DNA of 64,000 nt from Leptogorgia sarmentosa (taxonomy: Eukaryota). The DNA lies in assembly GCA_964658305.1 (NCBI GenBank), contig OZ210885.1, positions 16,306,001 through 16,370,000 of the forward strand, written 5' to 3'. Positions 10,430 to 24,700 of the stretch are shown one piece after another. The stretch's first letter is position 1. The number at the start of each line of letters is the position of its first letter. The position numbers were made by a program, and so were the translations under genes. Under the pieces are notes generated by a model that saw nothing but the letters and a program-made list of their open reading frames with translations, ran no database searches and had not been told where the DNA came from.

Positions 10430-13400
10430 GTTTGCTTTCAATTTCAACTTCAGGGTTTTGTTATTGTTACACGTTTAAAAAGTGTAACTTCCATCAACAA
10501 ATGTCTACGACCATACCAGTAGGAAAATACCGGTTCTCGTCTGATCACCGAAGTTAAGCCTAGGTGGGCAAAGTTAGTACTTGGATGGGTGACTACCTGG
10601 GAATACTTTGTGTTGTAGACTTGCTTCATTTTAATGTATGTGTGTTTGTAAATAGGTTTGCTTTCAATTTCAACTTCAGGGTTTTGTTATTGTTACACGT
10701 TTAAAAAGTGTAACTTCCATCAACAAATGTCTACGACCATACCAGTAGGAAAATACCGGTTCTCGTCTGATCACCGAAGTTAAGCCTAGGTGGGAAAAGT
10801 TAGTACTTGGATGGGTGACAACCTGGGAATACTTTGTGTTGTAGACTTGCTTCATTTTATTGTATGTGTGTTTGTAAATAGGTTTGCTTTCAATTTCAAC
10901 TTCAGGGTTTTGTTATTGTTACACGTTTAAAAAGTGTAACTTCCAGCAACAAATGTCTACGACCATACCAGTAGGAAAATACCGGTTCTCGTCTGATCAC
11001 CGAAGTTAAGCCTAGGTGGGCAAAGTTAGTACTTGGATGGGTGACTACCTGGGAATACTTTGTGTTGTAGACTTGCTTCATTTTATTGTATGTGTTTTTG
11101 TAAATAGGTTTGCTTTCAATTTCAACTTCAGGGTTTTGTTATTGTTACACGTTTAAAAAGTGTAACTTCCATCAACAAATGTATAGGTTTGCTTTCAATG
11201 TAAACTTCAGGGATTTTGTTATTGCTACATCTGGAAATACTTTGTATTGTTGTTTTCCTAAATGTTATTTAATGCCTATTTGTAAATATAATTCCTTTCA
11301 ATTTCAACTTCAGGGTTTTGTTATTGTTACACATTGAAAAAGTGTAACTTCCATCAACAAATGTCTACGACCGTACGAGTAGGAAAATAGTGGTTCTCGT
11401 CTGATCACCGAAGTTAAGCCTAGGTGGGCAAAGTTAGTAGTTGGATGGGTGACCACCTGGGAATACTTTGTGTTGTAGACTTGCTTCATTTTATTGTATG
11501 TGTGTTTGTAAATAGGTTTGCTTTCAATATAAACTTCAGGGATTTTGTTATTGCTACATCTGGAAATACTTTGTATTGTTGTTTTGCTAAATGTTATTTA
11601 ATGCCTATTTGTAAATATAATTCCTTTCAATTTCAACTTCAGGGTTTTGTTATTGTTACACGTTTAAAATGTGTAACTTCCATGAACAAATGTCTACGTC
11701 CATACCAGTAGGAAAATACCGGTTCTCGTCTGATCACCGAAGTTAAGCCTAGGTGGGCCAAGTTAGTACTTGGATGGGTGACTACCTGGGAATACTTTGT
11801 GTTGTAGACTTGCTTCATTTTATTATATGTGTGTTTGTAAATAGGTTTGCTTTCAATTTCAACTTCAGGGTTTTGTTATTGTTACACGTTTGAAAAGTGT
11901 AACTTCCATCAACAAATGTCTACGACCATACCAGTAGGAAAATACCGGTTCTCGTCTGATCACCGAAGTTAAGCCTAGGTGGGAAAAGTTAGTACTTGGA
12001 TGGGTGACCACCTGGGAATACTTTGTGTTGTAGACTTGCTTCATTTTATTGTATGTGTGTTTGTAAATAGGTTTGCTTTCAATTTCAGCTTCAGGGTTTT
12101 CTTATTGTTGCACGTTTAAAAAGTGTAACTTCCATCAACAAATGTCTACGACCATACCAGTAGGAAAATACCGGTTCTCGTCTGATCACCGAAGTTAAGC
12201 CTAGGTGGGAAAAGTTAGTACTTGGATGGGTGACCACCTGGGAATACTTTGTGTTGTAGACTTGCTTCATTTTATTGTATGTGTGTTTGTAAATAGGTTT
12301 GCTTTCAATGTAAACTTCAGGGATTTTGTTATTGCTACATCTGGAAATACTTTGTATTGTTGTTTTCCTAAATGTTATTTAATGCCTATTTGTAAATATA
12401 ATTCCTTTCAATTTCAACTTCAGGGTTTTGTTATTGTTACACATTTGAAAAGTGTAACTTCCATCAACAAATGTCTACGACCGTACGAGTAGGAAAATAG
12501 CGGTTCTCGTCTGATCACCGAAGTTAAGCCTAGGTGGGCAAAGTTAGTAGTTGGATGGGTGACCACCTGGGAATACTTTGTGTTGTAGACTTGCTTCATT
12601 TTATTGTATGTGTGTTTGTAAATAGGTTTGCTTTCAATGTAAACTTCAGGGATTTTGTTATTGCTACATCTGGAAATACTTTGTATTGTTGTTTTGCTAA
12701 ATGTTATTTAATGCCTATTTGTAAATATAATTCCTTTCAATTTCAACTTCAGGGTTTTGTTATTGTTACACGTTCAAAAAGTGTTACTTCCATCAACAAA
12801 TGTCTACGATGATACCAGTAGGAAAATACCGGTTCTTGTCTGATCACCGAAGTTAAGCCTTGGTGGGCAAAGTTAGTACTTGGATGGGTGACTACCTGGG
12901 AATACTTTGTGTTGTAGACTTGCTTCATTTTATTGTATGTGTGTTTGTAAATATAATTCCTTTCAATTTCAACTTCAGGGTTTTGTTATTGTTACACGTT
13001 TAAAAAGTGTTACTTCCATCAACAAATGTCTACGACCATACCAGTAGCAAAATACCGGTTCTCGTCTGATCACCGAAGTTAAGCCTAGGTGGGCAAAGTT
13101 AGTACTTGGATGGGTGACCACCTGGGAATACTTTGTGTTGTAGACTTGCTTCATTTCATTGTATGTGTGTTTGTAAATAGGTTTGCTTTCAATGTAAACT
13201 TCAGGGATTTTGTTATTGCTACATCTGGAAATACTTTGTATTGTTGTTTTGCTAAATGTTATTTAATGCCTATTTGTAAATATAATTCCTTTCAATTTCA
13301 ACTTCAGGGTTTTGTTATTGTTACACGTTTAAAATGTGTAACTTCCATGAACAAATGTCTACGTCCATACCAGTAGGAAAATACCGGTTCTCGTCTGATC

Positions 13401-16400
13401 ACCGAAGTTAAGCCTAGGTGGGCCAAGTTAGTACTTGGATGGGTGACTACCTGGGAATACTTTGTGTTGTAGACTTGCTTCATTTTATTATATGTGTGTT
13501 TGTAAATAGGTTTGCTTTCAATTTCAACTTCAGGGTTTTGTTATTGTTACACGTTTAAAAAGTGTAACTTCCATCAACAAATGTCTACGACCATACCAGT
13601 AGGAAAATACCGGTTCTCGTCTGATCACCGAAGTTAAGCCTAGGTGGGAAAAGTTAGTACTTGGATGGGTGACCACCTGGGAATACTTTGTGTTGTAGAC
13701 TTGCTTCATTTTATTGTATGTGTGTTTGTAAATAGGTTTGCTATCAATTTCAGCTTCAGGGTTTTCTTATTGTTGCACGTTTAAAAAGTGTAACTTCCAT
13801 GAACAAATGTCTACGACCATACCAGTAGGAAAATACCGGTTCTCGTCTGATCACCGAAGTTAAGCCTAGGTGGGCCAAGTTAGTACTTGGATGGGTGACT
13901 ACCTGGGAATACTTTGTGTTGTAGACTTGCTTCATTTTATTATATGTGTGTTTGTAAATAGGTTTGCTTTCAATTTCAACTTCAGGGTTTTGTTATTGTT
14001 ACACGTTTAAAAAGTGTAACTTCCATCAACAAATGTCTACGACCATACCAGTAGGAAAATACCGGTTCTCGTCTGATCACCGAAGTTAAGCCTAGGTGGG
14101 AAAAGTTAGTACTTGGATGGGTGACCACCTGGGAATACTTTGTGTTGTAGACTTGCTTCATTTTATTGTATGTGTGTTTGTAAATAGGTTTGCTTTCAAT
14201 TTCAGCTTCAGGGTTTTCTTATTGTTGCACGTTTAAAAAGTGTAACTTCCATCAACAAATGTCTACGACCATACCAGTAGGAAAATACCGGTTCTCGTCT
14301 GATCACCGAAGTTAAGCCTAGGTGGGAAAAGTTAGTACTTGGATGGGTGACCACCTGGGAATACTTTGTGTTGTAGACTTGCTTCATTTTATTGTATGTG
14401 TGTTTGTAAATAGGTTTGCTTTCAATGTAAACTTCAGGGATTTTGTTATTGCTACATCTGGAAATACTTTGTATTGTTGTTTTGCTAAATGTTATTTAAT
14501 GCCTATTTGTAAATATAATTCCTTTCAATTTCAACTTCAGGGTTTTGTTATTGTTACACGTTTAAAAAGTGTTACTTCCATCAACAAATGTCTACGACCA
14601 TACCAGTAGCAAAATACCGGTTCTCGTCTGATCACCGAAGTTAAGCCTAGGTGGGCAAAGTTAGTACTTGGATGGGTGACCACCTGGGAATACTTTGTGT
14701 TGTAGGCTTGCTTCATTTTATTGTATGTGTGTTTGTAAATAGGTTTGCTTTCAATTTCAACTTCAGGGTTTTGTTATTGTTACACGTTTAAAAAGTGTTA
14801 CTTCCATCAACAAATGTCTACGACCATACCAGTAGCAAAATACCGGTTCTCGTCTGATCACCGAAGTTAAGCCTAGGTGGGCAACGTTAGTACTTGGATG
14901 GGTGACCACCTGGGAATACTTTGTGTTGTAGACTTGCTTCATTTTATTGTATGTGTGTTTGTAAATAGGTTTGCTTTCAATTTCAACTTCAGGGTTTTGT
15001 TATTGTTACACGTTTAAAAAGTGTAACTTCCATCAACAAATGTCTACGACCATACCAGTAGGAAAATACCGGTTCTCGTCTGATCACCGAAGTTAAGCCT
15101 AGGTGGGCAAAGTTAGTACTTGGATGGGTGACTACCTGGGAATACTTTGTGTTGTAGACTTGCTTCATTTTAATGTATGTGTGTTTGTAAATAGGTTTGC
15201 TTTCAATTTCAACTTCAGGGTTTTGTTATTGTTACACGTTTAAAAAGTGTAACTTCCATCAACAAATGTCTACGACCATACCAGTAGGAAAATACCGGTT
15301 CTCGTCTGATCACCGAAGTTAAGCCTAGGTGGGAAAAGTTAGTACTTGGATGGGTGACAACCTGGGAATACTTTGTGTTGTAGACTTGCTTCATTTTATT
15401 GTATGTGTGTTTGTAAATAGGTTTGCTTTCAATTTCAACTTCAGGGTTTTGTTATTGTTACACGTTTAAAAAGTGTAACTTCCAGCAACAAATGTCTACG
15501 ACCATACCAGTAGGAAAATACCGGTTCTCGTCTGATCACCGAAGTTAAGCCTAGGTGGGCAAAGTTAGTACTTGGATGGGTGACTACCTGGGAATACTTT
15601 GTGTTGTAGACTTGCTTCATTTTATTGTATGTGTTTTTGTAAATAGGTTTGCTTTCAATTTCAACTTCAGGGTTTTGTTATTGTTACACGTTTAAAAAGT
15701 GTAACTTCCATCAACAAATGTATAGGTTTGCTTTCAATGTAAACTTCAGGGATTTTGTTATTGCTACATCTGGAAATACTTTGTATTGTTGTTTTCCTAA
15801 ATGTTATTTAATGCCTATTTGTAAATATAATTCCTTTCAATTTCAACTTCAGGGTTTTGTTATTGTTACACATTGAAAAAGTGTAACTTCCATCAACAAA
15901 TGTCTACGACCGTACGAGTAGGAAAATAGTGGTTCTCGTCTGATCACCGAAGTTAAGCCTAGGTGGGCAAAGTTAGTAGTTGGATGGGTGACCACCTGGG
16001 AATACTTTGTGTTGTAGACTTGCTTCATTTTATTGTATGTGTGTTTGTAAATAGGTTTGCTTTCAATATAAACTTCAGGGATTTTGTTATTGCTACATCT
16101 GGAAATACTTTGTATTGTTGTTTTGCTAAATGTTATTTAATGCCTATTTGTAAATATAATTCCTTTCAATTTCAACTTCAGGGTTTTGTTATTGTTACAC
16201 GTTTAAAATGTGTAACTTCCATGAACAAATGTCTACGTCCATACCAGTAGGAAAATACCGGTTCTCGTCTGATCACCGAAGTTAAGCCTAGGTGGGCCAA
16301 GTTAGTACTTGGATGGGTGACTACCTGGGAATACTTTGTGTTGTAGACTTGCTTCATTTTATTATATGTGTGTTTGTAAATAGGTTTGCTTTCAATTTCA

Positions 16401-19400
16401 ACTTCAGGGTTTTGTTATTGTTACACGTTTAAAAAGTGTAACTTCCATCAACAAATGTCTACGACCATACCAGTAGGAAAATACCGGTTCTCGTCTGATC
16501 ACCGAAGTTAAGCCTAGGTGGGAAAAGTTAGTACTTGGATGGGTGACCACCTGGGAATACTTTGTGTTGTAGACTTGCTTCATTTTATTGTATGTGTGTT
16601 TGTAAATAGGTTTGCTTTCAATTTCAGCTTCAGGGTTTTCTTATTGTTGCACGTTTAAAAAGTGTAACTTCCATCAACAAATGTCTACGACCATACCAGT
16701 AGGAAAATACCGGTTCTCGTCTGATCACCGAAGTTAAGCCTAGGTGGGAAAAGTTAGTACTTGGATGGGTGACCACCTGGGAATACTTTGTGTTGTAGAC
16801 TTGCTTCATTTTATTGTATGTGTGTTTGTAAATAGGTTTGCTTTCAATGTAAACTTCAGGGATTTTGTTATTGCTACATCTGGAAATACTTTGTATTGTT
16901 GTTTTCCTAAATGTTATTTAATGCCTATTTGTAAATATAATTCCTTTCAATTTCAACTTCAGGGTTTTGTTATTGTTACACATTTGAAAAGTGTAACTTC
17001 CATCAACAAATGTCTACGACCGTACGAGTAGGAAAATAGCGGTTCTCGTCTGATCACCGAAGTTAAGCCTAGGTGGGCAAAGTTAGTAGTTGGATGGGTG
17101 ACCACCTGGGAATACTTTGTGTTGTAGACTTGCTTCATTTTATTGTATGTGTGTTTGTAAATAGGTTTGCTTTCAATGTAAACTTCAGGGATTTTGTTAT
17201 TGCTACATCTGGAAATACTTTGTATTGTTGTTTTGCTAAATGTTATTTAATGCCTATTTGTAAATATAATTCCTTTCAATTTCAACTTCAGGGTTTTGTT
17301 ATTGTTACACGTTCAAAAAGTGTTACTTCCATCAACAAATGTCTACGATGATACCAGTAGGAAAATACCGGTTCTTGTCTGATCACCGAAGTTAAGCCTT
17401 GGTGGGCAAAGTTAGTACTTGGATGGGTGACTACCTGGGAATACTTTGTGTTGTAGACTTGCTTCATTTTATTGTATGTGTGTTTGTAAATATAATTCCT
17501 TTCAATTTCAACTTCAGGGTTTTGTTATTGTTACACGTTTAAAAAGTGTTACTTCCATCAACAAATGTCTACGACCATACCAGTAGCAAAATACCGGTTC
17601 TCGTCTGATCACCGAAGTTAAGCCTAGGTGGGCAAAGTTAGTACTTGGATGGGTGACCACCTGGGAATACTTTGTGTTGTAGACTTGCTTCATTTCATTG
17701 TATGTGTGTTTGTAAATAGGTTTGCTTTCAATGTAAACTTCAGGGATTTTGTTATTGCTACATCTGGAAATACTTTGTATTGTTGTTTTGCTAAATGTTA
17801 TTTAATGCCTATTTGTAAATATAATTCCTTTCAATTTCAACTTCAGGGTTTTGTTATTGTTACACGTTTAAAATGTGTAACTTCCATGAACAAATGTCTA
17901 CGTCCATACCAGTAGGAAAATACCGGTTCTCGTCTGATCACCGAAGTTAAGCCTAGGTGGGCCAAGTTAGTACTTGGATGGGTGACTACCTGGGAATACT
18001 TTGTGTTGTAGACTTGCTTCATTTTATTATATGTGTGTTTGTAAATAGGTTTGCTTTCAATTTCAACTTCAGGGTTTTGTTATTGTTACACGTTTAAAAA
18101 GTGTAACTTCCATCAACAAATGTCTACGACCATACCAGTAGGAAAATACCGGTTCTCGTCTGATCACCGAAGTTAAGCCTAGGTGGGAAAAGTTAGTACT
18201 TGGATGGGTGACCACCTGGGAATACTTTGTGTTGTAGACTTGCTTCATTTTATTGTATGTGTGTTTGTAAATAGGTTTGCTATCAATTTCAGCTTCAGGG
18301 TTTTCTTATTGTTGCACGTTTAAAAAGTGTAACTTCCATGAACAAATGTCTACGACCATACCAGTAGGAAAATACCGGTTCTCGTCTGATCACCGAAGTT
18401 AAGCCTAGGTGGGCCAAGTTAGTACTTGGATGGGTGACTACCTGGGAATACTTTGTGTTGTAGACTTGCTTCATTTTATTATATGTGTGTTTGTAAATAG
18501 GTTTGCTTTCAATTTCAACTTCAGGGTTTTGTTATTGTTACACGTTTAAAAAGTGTAACTTCCATCAACAAATGTCTACGACCATACCAGTAGGAAAATA
18601 CCGGTTCTCGTCTGATCACCGAAGTTAAGCCTAGGTGGGAAAAGTTAGTACTTGGATGGGTGACCACCTGGGAATACTTTGTGTTGTAGACTTGCTTCAT
18701 TTTATTGTATGTGTGTTTGTAAATAGGTTTGCTTTCAATTTCAGCTTCAGGGTTTTCTTATTGTTGCACGTTTAAAAAGTGTAACTTCCATCAACAAATG
18801 TCTACGACCATACCAGTAGGAAAATACCGGTTCTCGTCTGATCACCGAAGTTAAGCCTAGGTGGGAAAAGTTAGTACTTGGATGGGTGACCACCTGGGAA
18901 TACTTTGTGTTGTAGACTTGCTTCATTTTATTGTATGTGTGTTTGTAAATAGGTTTGCTTTCAATGTAAACTTCAGGGATTTTGTTATTGCTACATCTGG
19001 AAATACTTTGTATTGTTGTTTTGCTAAATGTTATTTAATGCCTATTTGTAAATATAATTCCTTTCAATTTCAACTTCAGGGTTTTGTTATTGTTACACGT
19101 TTAAAAAGTGTTACTTCCATCAACAAATGTCTACGACCATACCAGTAGCAAAATACCGGTTCTCGTCTGATCACCGAAGTTAAGCCTAGGTGGGCAAAGT
19201 TAGTACTTGGATGGGTGACCACCTGGGAATACTTTGTGTTGTAGGCTTGCTTCATTTTATTGTATGTGTGTTTGTAAATAGGTTTGCTTTCAATTTCAAC
19301 TTCAGGGTTTTGTTATTGTTACACGTTTAAAAAGTGTTACTTCCATCAACAAATGTCTACGACCATACCAGTAGCAAAATACCGGTTCTCGTCTGATCAC

Positions 19401-19560
19401 CGAAGTTAAGCCTAGGTGGGCAACGTTAGTACTTGGATGGGTGACCACCTGGGAATACTTTGTGTTGTAGACTTGCTTCATTTTATTGTATGTGTGTTTG
19501 TAAATAGGTTTGCTTTCAATTTCAACTTCAGGGTTTTGTTATTGTTACACGTTTAAAAAG
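10430..19560 (+). repeat. Higher-order tandem duplication, 4539-bp period (17 genes plus 1 gene-less unit); bounds approximate
   Basis: Private variants TTTTAATGT, GACAACC, CGTTCAAAAA, GCCTTGG, CATTTCATT, CTATCAA recur at offset 4539; ORF starts 11110/15649 through 14322/18861. Confidence 0.9.
11181..11362 (+). other. Gene-less unit (182 bp; long unit minus 147 bp); also starting at 15720, 26653, 31891, 34971, 37722
   Basis: CAACAAAT-GT joined directly to ATAGGTTTGCTTTCAATGTAAAC; only gene positions +1/+2 remain. Confidence 0.92.
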
Positions 19561-21764
19561 TGTTACTTCCATCAACAAATGTCTACGACCATACCAGTAG
19601 GAAAATACCGGTTCTCGTCTGATCACCGAAGTTAAGCCTGGGTGGGCAAAGTTAGTACTTGGATGGGTGACCACCTGGGAATACTTTGTGTTGTAGACTT
19701 GCTTCATTTTATTGTATGTGTGTTTGTAAATAGGTTTGCTTTCAATTTCAACTTCAGGGTTTTGTTATTGTTACACGTTTAAAAAGTGTAACTTCCATCA
19801 ACAAATGTCTACGACCATACCAGTAGGAAAATACCAGTTCTTGTCTGATCACCGAAGTTAAGCCTAGGTGGGCAAAGTTAGTACTTGGATGGGTGACTAC
19901 CTGGGAATACTTTGTGTTGTAGACTTGCTTCATTTTATTGTTTGTGTGTTTGTAAATAGGTTTGCTTTCAATTTCAACTTCAGGGTTTTGTTATTGTTAC
20001 ACGTTTAAAAAGTGTAACTTCCATCAACAAATGTCTACGACCATACCAGTAGGAAAATACCGGTTCTCGTCTGATCACCGAAGTTAAGCCTAGGTGGGCA
20101 AAGTTAGTACTTGGATGGGTGACCACCTGGGAATACTTTGTGTTGTAGACTTGCTTCATTTTGTTGTATGTGTGTTTGTAAGTAGGTTTGCTTTCAATTT
20201 CAACTTCAGGGTTTTGTTATTGTTACACGTTTAAAAAGTGTAACTTCCATCAACAAATGTCTACGACCATACCAGTAGGAAAATACCGGTTCTCGTCTGA
20301 TCACCGAAGTTAAGCCTAGGTGGGCAAAGTTAGTACTTGGATGGGTGACTACCTGGGAATACTTTGTGTTGTAGACTTGCTTCATTTTATTGTATGTGTG
20401 TTTGTAAATAGGTTTGCTTTCAATTTCAACTTCAGGGTTTTGTTATTAATACACACGTTTAAAAAGTGTAACTTCCATCAACAAATGTCTACAACCATAC
20501 CAGTAGGAAAATACCGGTTCTCGTCTGATCACCGAAGTTAGGCCTAGGTGGGAAAAGTTAGTACTTGGATGGGTGACCACCTGGGAATACTTTGTGTTGT
20601 AGACTTGCTTCATTTTATTGTATGTGTGTTTGTAAATAGGTTTGCTTTCAATGTAAACTTCAGGGATTTTGTTATTGCTACATCTGGAAATACTTTGTAT
20701 TGTTGTTTTGCTAAATGTTATTTAATGCCTATTTGTAAATATAATTCCTTTCAATTTCAACTTCAGGGTTTTGTTATTGTTACACGTTTAAAATGTGTAA
20801 CTTCCATGAACAAATGTCTACGTCCATACCAGTAGGAAAATACCGGTTCTCGTCTGATCACCGAAGTTAAGCCTAGGTGGGCCAAGTTAGTACTTGGATG
20901 GGTGACTACCTGGGAATACTTTGTGTTGTAGACTTGCTTCATTTTATTATATGTGTGTTTGTAAATAGGTTTGCTTTCAATTTCAACTTCAGGGTTTTGT
21001 TATTGTTACACGTTTAAAAAGTGTAACTTCCATCAACAAATGTCTACGACCATACCAGTAGGAAAATACCGGTTCTCGTCTGATCACCGAAGTTAAGCCT
21101 AGGTGGGAAAAGTTAGTACTTGGATGGGTGACCACCTGGGAATACTTTGTGTTGTAGACTTGCTTCATTTTATTGTATGTGTGTTTGTAAATAGGTTTGC
21201 TTTCAATTTCAGCTTCAGGGTTTTCTTATTGTTGCACGTTTAAAAAGTGTAACTTCCATCAACAAATGTCTACGACCATACCAGTAGGAAAATACCGGTT
21301 CTCGTCTGATCACCGAAGTTAAGCCTAGGTGGGAAAAGTTAGTACTTGGATGGGTGACCACCTGGGAATACTTTGTGTTGTAGACTTGCTTCATTTTATT
21401 GTATGTGTGTTTGTAAATAGGTTTGCTTTCAATGTAAACTTCAGGGATTTTGTTATTGCTACATCTGGAAATACTTTGTATTGTTGTTTTCCTAAATGTT
21501 ATTTAATGCCTATTTGTAAATATAATTCCTTTCAATTTCAACTTCAGGGTTTTGTTATTGTTACACATTTAAAAAGTGTAACTTCCATCAACAAATGTCT
21601 ACGACCGTACGAGTAGGAAAATAGCGGTTCTCGTCTGATCACCGAAGTTAAGCCTAGGTGGGCAAAGTTAGTAGTTGGATGGGTGACCACCTGGGAATAC
21701 TTTGTGTTGTAGACTTGCTTCATTTTATTGTATGTGTGTTTGTAAATAGGTTTGCTTTCAATGT

Positions 21765-24700
21765 AAACTTCAGGGATTTTGTTATTGCTACATCTGGAAA
21801 TACTTTGTATTGTTGTTTTGCTAAATGTTATTTAATGCCTATTTGTAAATATAATTCCTTTCAATTTCAACTTCAGGGTTTTGTTATTGTTACACGTTTA
21901 AAAAGTGTTACTTCCATCAACAAATGTCTACGACGATACCAGTAGGAAAATATAGGTTCTTGTCTGATCACCGAAGTTAAGCCTAGGTGGGCAAAGTTAG
22001 TACTTGGATGGGTGACTACCTGGGAATACTTTGTGTTGTAGACTTGCTTGATTTTATTGTATGTGTGTTTGTAAATATAATTCCTTTCAATTTCAACTTC
22101 AGGGTTTTGTTATTGTTACACGTTTAAAAAGTGTTACTTCCATCAACAAATGTCTACGACCATACCAGTAGCAAAATACCGGTTCTCGTCTGATCACCGA
22201 AGTTAAGCCTAGGTGGGCAAAGTTAGTACTTGGATGGGTGACCACCTGGGAATACTTTGTGTTGTAGACTTGCTTCATTTTATTGTATGTGTGTTTGTAA
22301 ATTGGTTTGCTTTCAATTTCAACTTCAGGGTTTTGTTATTGTTACACGTTTAAAAAGTGTTACTTCCATCAACAAATGTCTACGACCGTACCAGTAGCAA
22401 AATACCGGTTCTCGTCTGATCACCGAAGTTAAGCCTAGGTGGGCAACGTTAGTACTTGGATGGGTGACCACCTGGGAATACTTTGTGTTGTACACTTGCT
22501 TCATTTTATTGTATGTGTGTTTGTAAATAGGTTTGCTTTCAATTTCAACTTCAGGGTTTTGTTATTGTTACACGTTTAAAAAGTGTTACTTCCATCAACA
22601 AATGTCTACGACCATACCAGTAGCAAAATACCGGTTCTCGTCTGATCACCGAAGTTAAGCCTAGGTGGGCAAAGTTAGTACTTGGATGGGTGACCACCTG
22701 GGAATACTTTGTGTTGTAGACTTGCTTCATTTTATTGTATGTGTGTTTGTAAATAGGTTTGCTTTCAATTTCAACTTCAGGGTTTTGTTATTGTTACACG
22801 TTTAAAAAGTGTAACTTCCATCAACAAATGTCTACGACCATACCAGTAGGAAAATACCAGTTCTTGTCTGATCACCGAAGTTAAGCCTAGGTGGGCAAAG
22901 TTAGTACTTGGATGGGTGACTACCTGGGAATACTTTGTGTAGTAGACTTGCTACATTTTATTGTATGTGTGTTTGTAAATAGGTTTGCTTTCAATTTCAA
23001 CTTCAGGGTTTTGTTATTGTTACACGTCTAAAAAGTGTAACTTCCATCAACAAATGTCTACGACCATACCAGTAGGAAAATACCGGTTCTCGTCTGATCA
23101 CCGAAGTTAGGCCTAGGTGGGAAAAGTTAGTACTTGGATGGGTGACTACCTGGGAATACTTTGTGTTGTAGACTTGCTTCATTTTATTGTATGTGTGTTT
23201 GTAAATAGGTTTGCTTTCAATTTCAACTTCAGGGTTTTGTTATTGTTACACGTTTGAAAAGTGTAACTTCCATCAACAAATGTCTACGACCATACCAGTA
23301 GGAAAATACAGGTTCTCGTCTGATCACCGAAGTTAAGCCTAGGTGGGAAAAGTTAGTACTTGGATGGGTGACCACCTGGGAATACTTTGTGTTGTAGACT
23401 TGCTTCATTTTATTGTATGTGTGTTTGTAAATAGGTTTGCTTTCAATTTCAACTTCAGAGATTGGTTATTGTTACACGTTTAAAAAGTGTAACTTCCATC
23501 AACAAATGTCTACGACCATACCAGTAGGAAAATACCGGTTCTCGTCTGATCACCGAAGTTAAGCCTAGGTGGGCAAAGTTAGTACTTGTATGGGTGACCA
23601 CCTGGGAATACTTTGTGTTGTAGACTTGCTTCATTTTGTTGTATGTGTGTTTGTAAGTAGGTTTGCTTTCAATTTCAACTTCAGGGTTTTGTTATTGTTA
23701 CACGTTTAAAAAGTGTAACTTCCATCAACAAATGTCTACGACCATACCAGTAGGAAAATACCGGTTCTCGTGTGATCACCGAAGTTAAGCCTAGGTGGGA
23801 AAAGTTTGTACTTGGATGGGTGACCACCTGGGAATACTTTGTGTTGTAGATTTGCTTCATTTTATTGTATGTGTGTTTTTAAATAGGTTTGCTTTCAATT
23901 TCAACTTCAGGGTTTTGTTATTGTCACACGTTTAAAAAGTGTAACTTCCATCAACAAATGTCTACGACCATACCAGTAGGAAAATACCGGTTCTCGTGTG
24001 ATCACCGAAGTTAAGCCTAGGTGGGAAAAGTTAGTACTTGGATGGGTGACCACCTGGGAATACTTTGTGTTGTAGATTTGCTTCATTTTATTGTATGTGT
24101 GTTTTTAAATAGGTTTGCTTTCAATTTCAACTTCAGGGTTTTGTTATTGTTACACGTTTAAAAAGTGTAACTTCCATCAACAAATGTCTATGACCATACC
24201 AGTAGGAAAATACCGGTTCTCGTCTGATCACCGAAGTTAAGCCTAGGTGGGCAACGTTAGTACTTGGATGGGTGACCACCTGGGAATACTTTGTGTTGTA
24301 GACTTGCTTCATTTTATTGTATGTGTGTTTGTAAATAGGTTTGCTTTCAATGTAAACTTCAGGGATTTTGTTATTGCTACATCTGGAAATACTTTGTATT
24401 GTTGTTTTGCTAAATGTTATTTAATGCCTATTTGTAAATATAATTCCTTTCAATTTCAACTTCAGGGTTTTGTTATTGTTACACGTTTAAAAAGTGTAAC
24501 TTCCATCAACAAATGTCTACGACCGTACGAGTAGGAAAATACCGGTTCTCGTCTGATCACCGAAGTTAAGCCTAGGTGGGCAAAGTTAGTACTTGGATGG
24601 TTGACTACCTGGGAATACTTTGTGTTGTAGACTTGCTTCATTTTATTGTATGTGTGTTTGTAAATATAATTCCTTTCAATTTCAACTTCAGGGTTTTGTT

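Noticed and set aside
9330..11337. 61-, 73-, 75- and 76-aa ORFs, including the minus-strand MKQVYNT ORF
   Set aside because: They arise only from 1-2-bp indels, SNPs or the gene-less deletion in repeat units.
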